A stretch of DNA of 64,000 nt from Burkholderiaceae bacterium (GTDB lineage Bacteria > Pseudomonadota > Gammaproteobacteria > Burkholderiales > Burkholderiaceae_C). Positions 10,005 to 19,396 of this stretch are shown here, in pieces. How positions within the stretch are numbered: the stretch's first letter is position 1; every line of letters begins with the position of its first letter. The stretch is taken from contig JAIRVR010000066.1 of the NCBI GenBank assembly GCA_031253795.1, positions 4,258-68,257 on the forward strand. Reading direction: 5' to 3'. The notes beneath the pieces are model-generated. The model was not told where the DNA came from. It did not search any database and worked only from the letters and a program-made list of their open reading frames with translations. The position numbers and the translations under genes were made by a program.

Positions 10005-10901
10005 TCAGCGCTGGCGCGCCAGGCGCGGATCGAGCAGATCGCGAAGGCCGTCGCCGAGCAGGTTGAGCCCCAGCACGGACAGGGCGATGGCCAGGCCCGG
10101 CCAGACGGCCAGCAGCGGCGCCTGGAACATCAGGGTCTGGGCCTCGCTGAGCATGCGGCCCCAGGAGGCCTGGGGTGGCTGGGTGCCCAGGCCCAGGTAG
10201 GACAGGGCGGCCTCGGCCAGGATGGCCAGGGCGAACTGTATAGTGGCCTGGACCACCAGCACGGCCAGGATGTTGGGCAGCACATGGTGCAGCGTGATGT
10301 GGGTGCGGCCATGGCCGCAGGCACGGGCCGCCAGCACATAGTCGCGGGCCCATACCGACCTGGCCGATGCGCGCGTGATGCGCGCAAAGGTGGGAATGTT
10401 GAATATGCCGATGGCGATGATGGAATTGACCATGCCTGCGCCGAACACGGCCGTGAGCATGATGGCCGACAGCAGGGCCGGGAAGGCGAAACCGAAGTCG
10501 GCCATGCGCATGATGGCTTCCTCCACCCAGCCGCGGCAGGCGGCTGCCACCAGGCCCAGCAGCACGCCTGCACCCAGGCCTATGCCCACGGCGACCACGC
10601 CCACCAGGATGGAGCTGCGTGCGCCCGCAACCAGAAGCGAGGCCACGTCGCGGCCGAAGGCATCCGTGCCCAGCCAGTGTGCGGCGCCGGGGGGCAGCAG
10701 CTTGGCCTCCAGGTCCATGTCATAGGCGGATGCGGGGCTCCAACCCAGGGACAGCACGGCAGCAGCCAGCAGCATCAGGGTCAGGGCCGCGCCGAGCATG
10801 AAGCTGCGGTGCGCGCGCATGCGCCGGCCCAGGCCGGGCGGGGCGCCGAGAGTGACGGCGCGCGTGGGCAGACCGGCGGGAGGCGGGGAGGAGGGGCTCA
10901 T
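10005..10901 (-). CDS. ABC transporter permease (DppC-like)
   Basis: HWLGTDAFGRD, HVLPN, EAALSYLGLG motifs; ATG overlaps the upstream stop. Confidence 0.92.
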   Translation of the reverse strand: MSPSSPPPAGLPTRAVTLGAPPGLGRRMRAHRSFMLGAALTLMLLAAAVLSLGWSPASAYDMDLEAKLLPPGAAHWLGTDAFGRDVASLLVAGARSSILVGVVAVGIGLGAGVLLGLVAAACRGWVEEAIMRMADFGFAFPALLSAIMLTAVFGAGMVNSIIAIGIFNIPTFARITRASARSVWARDYVLAARACGHGRTHITLHHVLPNILAVLVVQATIQFALAILAEAALSYLGLGTQPPQASWGRMLSEAQTLMFQAPLLAVWPGLAIALSVLGLNLLGDGLRDLLDPRLARQR

Positions 10902-11860
10902 ATGTCGCTGGCCTCGAGGCGCGGATCGATGGCCGCATACAGCAGGTCGACGATGAAGTTGACCACCACCACCATGGCGGCCAGCAGCAGCACGCAGTTG
11001 CGCACCACGATGAGGTCGCGGTTGGCGATGGACTGGAAGATCAGCCGGCCCAAACCTGGCAGGTAGAACACGTTTTCCACGACGATGGTGCCGGCCAGCA
11101 GATTGGCGAACTGCAGGCCCATGACCGTGACCACGGGAATCATGGCGTTGCGCAGCACGTGGCCCCAGAGCACGGCGCGGCGGGACAGGCCCTTGGCGCG
11201 TGCCGTGCGCACGAAGTCCTCGCGCATCACCTCCAGCACGGCCGAGCGCGTGATGCGCGCCAGGATGGCCGCCTGCACCACAGCCAGCGCAATGGCCGGC
11301 AGCAGCAGAGCCTGCAGGGCCGGCAGCAGGCCGCCGCCGTCCTCTGACCGCCAGCCGGGAAAGCCACCCGCCGAAAACCATTGCAGCTTCACCGAAAACA
11401 GCAGGATGAGCAGGATGGCGAACCAGAAATTCGGGATGGCGATACCGATCTGGGCCAGGCCCATCACGCCCAGGTCGCCCCAGCGGTTGTGGCGCGCCGC
11501 CGCATACACGCCCGCGGTCAGGGCCAGCACCGTGGTGATCAGCATGGCCAGAATGGCCAGGGGTACGGTGATGGAAAGGCGCTCCAGCACCAGGTCAAGC
11601 ACGGGCGAGCCATAGGCATGGCTCAGGCCCATGTCGCCGTGCAGCAGGCCTTGCAGCCACTGCAGGTAGCGCTGCCATGCCGGCTGGTCCAGGCCCAGCT
11701 GCAGGGCCATCGCCTGGACGGCCTCGGGAGAGGCGTCGGGCCCCATCAGCATTTGGGCCGCATTGCCGGGCAGCACCTCCAGCACCCCGAAGACCACGGC
11801 CGAGGCACCCAGCAGCGTGGCCGCCAGGGTCAGCAGGCGCTTGAGCAGGAACAGGCTCAT
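10898..11860 (-). CDS. ABC transporter permease (DppB-like)
   Basis: EDFVRTARAKGL, HVLRNA, VENVFYLPGLG motifs. Confidence 0.92.
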   Translation of the reverse strand: MSLFLLKRLLTLAATLLGASAVVFGVLEVLPGNAAQMLMGPDASPEAVQAMALQLGLDQPAWQRYLQWLQGLLHGDMGLSHAYGSPVLDLVLERLSITVPLAILAMLITTVLALTAGVYAAARHNRWGDLGVMGLAQIGIAIPNFWFAILLILLFSVKLQWFSAGGFPGWRSEDGGGLLPALQALLLPAIALAVVQAAILARITRSAVLEVMREDFVRTARAKGLSRRAVLWGHVLRNAMIPVVTVMGLQFANLLAGTIVVENVFYLPGLGRLIFQSIANRDLIVVRNCVLLLAAMVVVVNFIVDLLYAAIDPRLEASDI

Positions 11861-12030
11861 GGGCGGCCTGTCCTGCCGCGGTTCGCGGGCAGGGTGGGTG
11901 GGGTCACGGCGGTGGGGTGGCTGGGGCTTCGGGCCCGAATGGTACTGCGCTGCAGCGATGCACGCAGCATAGCGGCCTTTGGGGGCGGCTTGCCCGTGCG
12001 CCCTCCATGCTTATGGCCGGGGCCGGATAA

Positions 12031-12384
<354 letters not shown>

Positions 12385-12416
12385 TCCGCCTGCCCCATCG
12401 TGCAGGGGCTGCGGCC

Positions 12417-13040
12417 TCAGGCGGCTGGGGGAGCCGGATCGGCCGGGCGCGCAGGCTTGGGTCGCGGCGGCTTGGTCGTGTGGATCAGCAGGCTGGCCTT
12501 GTCCATGTGGCCTGCCTGCAGTTCAGGCCAGGCCTTGAGCGAATGGACGATGCTGTCCTCGATCAGCTGGCGCTGGTCGGGGGCGGGCTTTTTGAGCACC
12601 CAGTTGGCCACCTCGGCCTTGTGGCCGGGATGGCCGATGCCTATGCGCAGCCGCCAGTAGTCGGCCGACCCGAGCTGGGCGTGGATGTCGCGCAGGCCGT
12701 TGTGGCCGCCATGGCTGCCGCCACGCTTGAGCTTGACCTGGCCGGGTGCGAAGTCCAGTTCGTCATGGACCACGAGCACCTCCTCGGGCTGGATCTTGAA
12801 AAAGCGCGTCAGCGCGCCCACGGACTTTCCCGACAGGTTCATGAAGGTCTGGGGCTGCAGCAGCCACAGCGGTTCGCCACGGACGCTGGCACGCGCCATG
12901 AGGCCGAAATAGCTGCGCTCGGGCACCAGCTGGACCTTGAGTTCGCGCGCCAGCGCATCGATCCACCAAAAGCCCGCGTTGTGGCGCGTGTCCTCATACT
13001 CCGGCCCGGGATTGCCCAGGCCGACAAACAGTTTGATCAT
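12417..13040 (-). CDS. pth: Peptidyl-tRNA hydrolase
   Basis: GLGNPG, TRHNAG, HDELD, GGHNGL, RLRIGI. Confidence 0.97.
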   Translation of the reverse strand: MIKLFVGLGNPGPEYEDTRHNAGFWWIDALARELKVQLVPERSYFGLMARASVRGEPLWLLQPQTFMNLSGKSVGALTRFFKIQPEEVLVVHDELDFAPGQVKLKRGGSHGGHNGLRDIHAQLGSADYWRLRIGIGHPGHKAEVANWVLKKPAPDQRQLIEDSIVHSLKAWPELQAGHMDKASLLIHTTKPPRPKPARPADPAPPAA

Positions 13041-13090
13041 GGGGCGATTATCTCCATGGCGCGTCGTGCGCCAGCAGCAGGGGGCAGGTC

Positions 13091-13154
13091 CCATGCAAAA
13101 GGCCCACGCGAGGTGGGCCTTTTGCATGGACTGCGGCGGCCAGGGCCGCCGCAG
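13091..13154. terminator. Two GC-rich hairpins after rplY; the first is a probable bidirectional terminator
   Basis: CCATGCAAAAGGCCCAC/GTGGGCCTTTTGCATGG 17-bp stem (13091-13129); CTGCGGCGGCC/GGCCGCCGCAG (13131-13154). Confidence 0.75.
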
Positions 13155-13167
13155 GGAAAGCCAAGAA

Positions 13168-13797
13168 TTACTTCTTGCCCTTCTTGGCCGGAGCGGCCGG
13201 GGCGGCAGCGGGTGCTGCACCTTCTTCGGGAGCCACTTCGGGCAGCTTGATCGACACCAGGGCGGGGTTCTTGTTGGAACCGCGCACCACGGCCTTCACG
13301 CCGTTGGGCAGCTTGACAGCTTGCAGGCCCAGGGCGGACTTGGAGGTCAGGTTGCTCAGGTCCACGGCGATGAACTCGGGCAGCTGGGCGGGCATGCAGA
13401 CCACGTCCAGTTCGTGGATCAGGGGGGTGACCGTGCAGTTTTCGACCTTGACGGCCTGCGATTGCTCGACGCCTTCGAAGTGCAGAGGCACCTTCAGGTG
13501 CACCTTGGTCTTGTCGTCAACGCGCTGGAAGTCCACGTGCAGCACCAGCTGCTTGTAGGGGTGGAACTGCACATCGCGCAGCACGACCTTGGAGGTCTGG
13601 CCGTTGACTTCCATGTCCAGCACGCTGGAGTGGAACGCTTCCTTCTTCAGGGCGTGCCACAGGGCGTTGTGATCGATTTCGATCAGCTGGGGTTCGGTGG
13701 CGCCACCGTAGACGATGCCGGGGGCCTTGCCCGAATTGCGCAGACGGCGGCTCGCACCCGTACCTTGCTTGGCGCGCTCAAAAGCGACGAATTGCAT
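13168..13797 (-). CDS. rplY: 50S ribosomal protein L25/Ctc
   Basis: [21 protein letters not shown]. Confidence 0.97.
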   Translation of the reverse strand: MQFVAFERAKQGTGASRRLRNSGKAPGIVYGGATEPQLIEIDHNALWHALKKEAFHSSVLDMEVNGQTSKVVLRDVQFHPYKQLVLHVDFQRVDDKTKVHLKVPLHFEGVEQSQAVKVENCTVTPLIHELDVVCMPAQLPEFIAVDLSNLTSKSALGLQAVKLPNGVKAVVRGSNKNPALVSIKLPEVAPEEGAAPAAAPAAPAKKGKK

Positions 13798-13841
13798 AAC
13801 TGACTCCTAGATGGATGGACCGCGACCAGTCCCATCCGTTG

Positions 13842-13875
13842 AAAAAAGAGCAGCCTCGGACAGGAGGCGGCTCTT
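13842..13875 (-). terminator. Intrinsic-terminator-like hairpin between prs and rplY
   Basis: Minus strand AAGAGCCGCCTC-loop-GAGGCTGCTCTT followed by a U-tract. Confidence 0.65.
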
Positions 13876-13963
13876 GCGATGTCCCGGATCCTTGCGGATC
13901 GTCCCGGAACGCGCAAACCTCCCGAAGGAGGTCTGCAGATTTTTGGCTACAAAGCCGGCTATT

Positions 13964-14923
13964 TTATTCCGAGAACAGGCTCAGCACCGAGTCACCGGTG
14001 GAAATCCGCTGAATGGTCTGGGCAATCAGCGGTGCCACGGACAGCTGGCGGATCTTGCTGCAGGCCTGTGCCTCGGGGCTCAGCGGGATGGTGTTGGTCA
14101 CCACGACCTCGTCCAGGGCGTTGCCGTTGCCGATGCGCTCGATGGCGGGGCCCGAGAAAATCGGGTGTGTGCAATAGGCGTAAACGCTCTTGGCACCGCG
14201 CTGCTTGAGCACCTCGGCAGCCTTCACCAGGGTGCCGGCGGTATCGATCATGTCGTCCATGATCACGCAGTTGCGGCCATCGATGTCGCCGATCACATGC
14301 ATGACCTCGGACACATTGGCCTTGGGGCGGCGCTTGTCGATGATGGCCAGATCGCAGCCCAGTTGCTTGGCCAGCGCACGGGCGCGGACCACGCCACCGA
14401 CGTCGGGGGAGACGACGATCAGGTCTTCGTAGTTCTTCTGGCGCAGATCGCCCAGCAGCACCGGCGTGGCGTAGATGTTGTCGACGGGAATGTCGAAGAA
14501 ACCCTGGATCTGGTCGGCGTGCAGATCCATGGTCAGCACGCGTTCCACGCCCACGGCCTGCAGCATGTTGGCCACGACCTTGGCCGTGATCGGCACGCGG
14601 GTCGAGCGCGGACGGCGGTCCTGGCGCGCATAGCCGAAGTAGGGGATGACGGCGCAGATGCGTTCGGCCGATGCGCGCTTGAGCGCATCCACCATGACCA
14701 GCAGCTCCATCAGGTTGTCGTTGGTCGGCGCGCAGGTGGACTGCACGACGAACACGTCGCGGGTACGCACGTTCTGCTTGATCTCGACGGCGACTTCGCC
14801 ATCGGAGAAGCGACCAACGTCGGCGGCACCCAGAGTGGTGCCCAGGTGCTGAACGATTTCAGCGGCCATGCCAGGATTGGCATTGCCGGTGAAGACCATG
14901 ATGTCTGGATGATGTGAATGCAT
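13964..14923 (-). CDS. prs: Ribose-phosphate pyrophosphokinase
   Basis: [31 protein letters not shown]. Confidence 0.98.
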   Translation of the reverse strand: MHSHHPDIMVFTGNANPGMAAEIVQHLGTTLGAADVGRFSDGEVAVEIKQNVRTRDVFVVQSTCAPTNDNLMELLVMVDALKRASAERICAVIPYFGYARQDRRPRSTRVPITAKVVANMLQAVGVERVLTMDLHADQIQGFFDIPVDNIYATPVLLGDLRQKNYEDLIVVSPDVGGVVRARALAKQLGCDLAIIDKRRPKANVSEVMHVIGDIDGRNCVIMDDMIDTAGTLVKAAEVLKQRGAKSVYAYCTHPIFSGPAIERIGNGNALDEVVVTNTIPLSPEAQACSKIRQLSVAPLIAQTIQRISTGDSVLSLFSE

Positions 14924-14968
14924 TTGAGCGCCCCAGTGCTATGGGTTTGCCTTTACGCTAAAGATGTT

Positions 14969-15045
14969 TGGCAGGGGAGGAAGGACTCGAACCCTCGCAT
15001 GCCGGAATCAAAATCCGGTGCCTTTACCAACTTGGCGACTCCCCT
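14969..15045 (-). tRNA. tRNA-Gln(TTG)
   Basis: AGGGGAG/CTCCCCT acceptor stem, CCGGA-TTTTGAT-TCCGG anticodon arm, TTCGA T-loop, CCA end. Confidence 0.97.
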
Positions 15046-15074
15046 ACACAGGCCTTCTGCCGCAGGCAGCAAGC

Positions 15075-15938
15075 CTAAAACTTTTCATCCGGCACCCAAT
15101 CCCTGATCGGATGTGTTGCCAGATTGTTGCAAACCTTGATGTTCCATGTGCCTGGAGCCTTGTGGACATCAATGTCATGCGTCATTGGTGCAAACACCGC
15201 ACTTCCTGAGCCTGTCATTCTAGCATGCAAACCTGATGATCTGAGCCAATCAATGGCATTTTTCACTTCGGGCTGCAATCTTTCTGCAACGGGCTGCAAG
15301 TCATTCCGGCCAAAGCCGTAGTGGTCTGCAACAAAGTCAGCGATTGTAGCATGGGCGCTGTCGCGTTCGAGGTCCGGCGCGCCAAAGATTTTCTGCGTCT
15401 CCAGGCCGGCGCCGGGTTTGATCACCGCAAAGCGTTGTGGCGGGGGCAGGGCCGCACCTTCCAGTGCCGTGATCTGCTCGCCGATGCCGGCCACCCAGGC
15501 CGAGGTCCCGCAGAGGAAAAAGGGCACGTCGGCGCCCAGGCCCAGGGCGATGCGCTGCAGCTCCCGGCGCGGCAGATGGAGGTCCCACAGGCGGTTGAGG
15601 GCGATCAGTGTGCTGGCCGCATCCGATGAGCCGCCGCCCATGCCGGCCTGTGCCGGTATGCGCTTTTCCACGCCGATGTGGGCGCCCTTGCCGCAGCCCG
15701 TGGCCTGCTGCAGGGCGCGGGCCGCGCGCACGATGAGGTCGTCCGCGGGGAGGGCCATGCCCGACAGGTCTTCGCGGCTGATCCGGCCATCGTCGCGCAG
15801 CTCCAGGTGCAGCGTGTCGTGCCAGTCTATGAGCATGAACACCGATTCCAGCAGGTGGTAGCCGTCCGCGCGGCGGCCCGTGATGTGGAGGAACAGATTG
15901 AGCTTGGCCGGGGCCGGCACGTCATGGAGCGAGCGCAT
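15075..15938 (-). CDS. ispE: 4-diphosphocytidyl-2-C-methyl-D-erythritol kinase
   Basis: APAKLNLFLH, GMGGGSSDAA, MTGSGS. Confidence 0.97.
   Translation of the reverse strand: MRSLHDVPAPAKLNLFLHITGRRADGYHLLESVFMLIDWHDTLHLELRDDGRISREDLSGMALPADDLIVRAARALQQATGCGKGAHIGVEKRIPAQAGMGGGSSDAASTLIALNRLWDLHLPRRELQRIALGLGADVPFFLCGTSAWVAGIGEQITALEGAALPPPQRFAVIKPGAGLETQKIFGAPDLERDSAHATIADFVADHYGFGRNDLQPVAERLQPEVKNAIDWLRSSGLHARMTGSGSAVFAPMTHDIDVHKAPGTWNIKVCNNLATHPIRDWVPDEKF
15217..15225 (-). promoter_or_regulatory. Putative extended -10 promoter inside ispE for tRNA-Gln/prs
   Basis: TGcTAGAAT on the minus strand in an AT-enriched stretch; it includes an AGA Arg codon, rare in GC-rich genes. Confidence 0.5.
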
Positions 15939-15968
15939 GGCGGGAAAGAGGAAAGGGTGAAGAGGGGC

Positions 15969-16487
15969 TCAGGGCGTGTCGAGCACGACGCGCAGCGTGG
16001 CCGGAGGTTGCGGGTCATTGCGCTGTGCCCGCAGGCGGCCCTGCTCCATACGCGACAGATCGACCTCCCAGCCGGGTACGGCCGTGGCACGGCCTTGCAG
16101 CCAGTCGAACAGGGCTGTGATGGGCAGGGCGCTGCCCGTGAGCTCCTGCACCAGGGCTGGCAGGGAGTCCGAGGTCCGCGTTTCCTGGCCCTGCTGCAGC
16201 GAGGCCTGGCCCGGCTGCCATAGCAGGCGCGCCAGCGTCGATCCCAGCGGCGTGAACAGCAGCAGTTCGCCGCTGCGGGCCGTGCCCTGCAGCTCGAAGC
16301 CCGCACTGAAGGACTGGTTCTGTCCATCATCGACCTGGAGGGCCAGGCGGCCGGACCAGTGGCCTGCCGACGCATTGGCACCACCGGCCGGCAGCTGCCG
16401 TGGCGGCAGGGCGCAGCCGGCCAGGGTCAGCAGGGCTGTGCAGGCCAGACCCGCGCACCACGTGCGGCGGCCGCGGCTGGCGCGCAT
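15969..16487 (-). CDS. lolB: Outer membrane lipoprotein insertase LolB
   Basis: Lipobox LAGC, WSGRLAL, TPLG, LFDWLQG; located between the TPR gene and ispE. Confidence 0.88.
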   Translation of the reverse strand: MRASRGRRTWCAGLACTALLTLAGCALPPRQLPAGGANASAGHWSGRLALQVDDGQNQSFSAGFELQGTARSGELLLFTPLGSTLARLLWQPGQASLQQGQETRTSDSLPALVQELTGSALPITALFDWLQGRATAVPGWEVDLSRMEQGRLRAQRNDPQPPATLRVVLDTP

Positions 16488-16498
16488 GTCGTTGTGGA

Positions 16499-18283
16499 TC
16501 AAAGCGAGACGCCCAGCCTGCGCAGGGTTTCACGCAGCATGCTGTTGTCGGGGTTCAGGCTCTGTGCCTGGCGCCAGATTTCCTGGGCGCGCTCGCGCTG
16601 GCCCATGGTCCACAGCACCTCGCCCAGGTGGGCGGCGATTTCCACGTCGGGCCGTGCGGCATAGGCGGTTTCGAGCAGCTTCAGGGCCTGGTCCAGCTCG
16701 CCGCGGCGGAACTTGACCCAGGCCAGGCTGTCGGTGATGAAGGGGTCGCCAGGCGCCATCTCCAGGGCTTTGCGCACCAGTTGCTCGGCCTCGTCCAGGT
16801 GGATGCCGCGCTCGGCGAACGAATAGCCCAGAGCGTTGTAGGCGTGCTGGAAGTCGGGCTTGCGCTCGATGATGCCGCGCAGCAGGCGCTCCATGTCCTC
16901 GAGCTTGCCGGCGCGCTCCGCGAGCAGGGCCGTGTCATAGGCCAGTTCGGCGTCTTCGGGGTCCTGCTTTTGCAGTTCGGCCTGCAGCGCATAGGCCTGG
17001 GCTGGCTGGTCGGCGTCGCGCAGCAGCTGCACTTCGGCCAGGCGCTTGAGACGCTGCTGGCTGGGGCCGCTGGCCGGCACGGCCTCGATCAGGGCGCGCG
17101 CCTCCTTGAGCTTGCCCTGGCGTGCCAGCAGGGAAGCGCGGCGCGCCTGCACGCTCAGCAGATTGGGCGCGTCCTCGATGCGGCGCAGCATGGCGTCGGC
17201 ATCGGCATAGCGCCCCTGCTTTTCGGCCAGCTGGGCCTGCAGCAGGTAGTACTGCGATTGCGCCGCGCTGCGCGCGACGCCCGCGGGAATCTGGGGCACG
17301 AGCCTGCCGAAGCGTTCGATGGACGCCTGGGCCGGTCCGGTTTCGTTGGTCTGCAGCTGCATGGCGGCCAGCGTGGCCCAGGCATCGGGAAAGTCGGGGA
17401 AATCGACCGTGATGACCAGGAGCTGTTGGCGTGCCTCGGGCATGCGCTGCTGGCTCAGCAGCACGCGCGCGTAGGCCATGCGCATCTGGGCCGAGGGATT
17501 CTTGTCCAGGTAGCGCTTGACGATGGCCTCGGTGTCCGGCACGCCGGCTTCGAGCAGTTCCATGGACAGCAGGGCTACGGCGCCCGTGTCGGGCGCGAGG
17601 GCCTGGGCCTTCTGCACCGCCTGGAGGGCGGCTGCCTTCTGGCCTGCGCCCAGGCGCATGTGGCCGATGGTGGCCCAGGCCAATGGGCCGCTGCTGGTGT
17701 CGTTCAACTGGTCGGCCATGGCCTGCTCGACCACATCGGCGGCCAGGGGCTTGTCGCTGGCGTTGTTGTACAGCTGGGTGATGGCGAGGAAGGTGGCCGG
17801 TTTGGACGGCGACGGCGTCAGCGCGATCTCGCGCTTGAGGTAGCTGGCCGAGTCCGCGATGCGGTTCAGTGCCACCAGGATCTGCAGCACATAGCGGTTG
17901 GCGTCGCGCGACTCGGGAAAGGCCTCCAGCCAGGCGCGGGCATTGGCCAGCGCGCGCTCGCCCGAGCGCGACTGCAGCGCCAGTTCGGTGCCGCGCCGGT
18001 AGAGCTGCTCGCTGCCGCTGGTGCGTGCAGCTTCCATCATCATGGCCTGGGCGTCGCCCAGGGCACCCTCGCTGGCCGCGAGTTCCCCGACCAGAATTTC
18101 GTAGAACAGTTCCGCATTGAGGGCGGCGCGCTCTTCCTCGGCATCCACGACGCTGCTGGGCGGCTCGGGAGCCTCGGTCTCTATGGTGGCAGCGGTCTTG
18201 CCTGGGAGGGCCCAGGATGTGGCAGAACCCAGGGCCAGGGCGGCGGCCACGGCGAGTCCCTGAAGGCGTAGAGGATGAACCAT
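16499..18283 (-). CDS. Exported tetratricopeptide-repeat protein
   Basis: Signal peptide, multiple TPRs, AYNALGY...DSLAWV...[12 protein letters not shown]-terminus typical of the TPR gene upstream of lolB. Confidence 0.88.
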   Translation of the reverse strand: MVHPLRLQGLAVAAALALGSATSWALPGKTAATIETEAPEPPSSVVDAEEERAALNAELFYEILVGELAASEGALGDAQAMMMEAARTSGSEQLYRRGTELALQSRSGERALANARAWLEAFPESRDANRYVLQILVALNRIADSASYLKREIALTPSPSKPATFLAITQLYNNASDKPLAADVVEQAMADQLNDTSSGPLAWATIGHMRLGAGQKAAALQAVQKAQALAPDTGAVALLSMELLEAGVPDTEAIVKRYLDKNPSAQMRMAYARVLLSQQRMPEARQQLLVITVDFPDFPDAWATLAAMQLQTNETGPAQASIERFGRLVPQIPAGVARSAAQSQYYLLQAQLAEKQGRYADADAMLRRIEDAPNLLSVQARRASLLARQGKLKEARALIEAVPASGPSQQRLKRLAEVQLLRDADQPAQAYALQAELQKQDPEDAELAYDTALLAERAGKLEDMERLLRGIIERKPDFQHAYNALGYSFAERGIHLDEAEQLVRKALEMAPGDPFITDSLAWVKFRRGELDQALKLLETAYAARPDVEIAAHLGEVLWTMGQRERAQEIWRQAQSLNPDNSMLRETLRRLGVSL

Positions 18284-18345
18284 CGACCCATAATAATCGA
18301 AGCCTTGCCCCGCATTCCGCACAACGACAGTACAACCCGGACCGC

Positions 18346-19173
18346 ATGCCTGAATTGCCCGAAGTCGAAGTCACGCGACGCGCGTTTGCTTCGCAGATCG
18401 CCGGAGCCCGCATCCTGGGCGCCTCCCTTGGAAAGCCGCTGCGCTGGCCCCTGGGTCTGGAGCCCGCGCAGCTCGTCGGCCGCGAGGTGCGCGGCGTGCG
18501 CCGGCGCGGCAAATACCTGCTGATCGACCTCAGCGAAGGCATGCTGCTGCTGCATCTGGGCATGTCGGGCAGCCTGCGCTTCGCGGCGGCCCACGGGCCT
18601 GCGCTGGGGGCGGCGGGGCCGCACGACCACTTCGACCTGGAGACCAGCCAGGGCCTTTTGCGTCTGCATGATCCGCGCCGCTTCGGCGCGGTTGTCCATG
18701 TCCGCGGCGAGGATGACCCGCTGGCGCGCAAGCTGCTGGACCATCTCGGCATGGAGCCGCTGGACGAAGGCTTTGCCTTCGAGGCCTTTCGCGCCGGCCT
18801 GCAGGCCAGCCGCACGCCCATCAAGCAGCTGCTGCTGTCGGGCAGCGTGGTCGTGGGCGTGGGCAATATCTACGCGTCGGAAGTGCTGTTCATGGCGCGC
18901 ATTTCGCCCACGCTGCCGGCCCGCGAAGTGGGACCTCGCAAGGCGCGCAAACTGTTCGAGGAAATACGGCGCGTGCTGGCCCTGGCCGTGGAGCAGGGCG
19001 GCACCACGCTGCGCGACTTTTCCGCACCCGACGGCATGGCCGGCCATTTCCAGCTGCAGGCCAGGGTCTACGGCCGCCAGGGGCTGCCCTGCACCCATTG
19101 CGGGGCCCCCATCCAGCTGCTGCGCCAGGGGCAGCGCAGCACGTTTTACTGCGCACGCTGCCAAAAGGCGTGA
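18346..19173 (+). CDS. mutM: Formamidopyrimidine-DNA glycosylase
   Basis: [24 protein letters not shown]-terminal C4 zinc finger. Confidence 0.98.
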   Translation: MPELPEVEVTRRAFASQIAGARILGASLGKPLRWPLGLEPAQLVGREVRGVRRRGKYLLIDLSEGMLLLHLGMSGSLRFAAAHGPALGAAGPHDHFDLETSQGLLRLHDPRRFGAVVHVRGEDDPLARKLLDHLGMEPLDEGFAFEAFRAGLQASRTPIKQLLLSGSVVVGVGNIYASEVLFMARISPTLPAREVGPRKARKLFEEIRRVLALAVEQGGTTLRDFSAPDGMAGHFQLQARVYGRQGLPCTHCGAPIQLLRQGQRSTFYCARCQKA

Positions 19174-19396
19174 TCCAGCGCCAGCACCGGCGTCCCGCAA
19201 ACCAAGGGTATTAATTAGTTGCTTATGTAAGCAAATGCTTATCAAATAGGCGCGACAGGCCTGCGGCAGCCTGTACAGGGGCTGGCGGCCAGGATGCCCA
19301 TGGGCGGCGGTGCTATATTTTGAGGAGAACAGGCGGCGGTCTGCGCCATGGCCATGGCGCGAGACCGGCGGAACCGAGGCATGGCGGGGGAATCAC

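Noticed and set aside
15075-15350. Horizontally acquired low-GC patch
   Set aside because: It is in-frame ispE sequence with conserved motifs; an embedded promoter explains it better
19255-19280. LexA SOS box upstream of the dynamin-mutY genes
   Set aside because: CTGT and ACAG occur but not with the required 8-nt spacing
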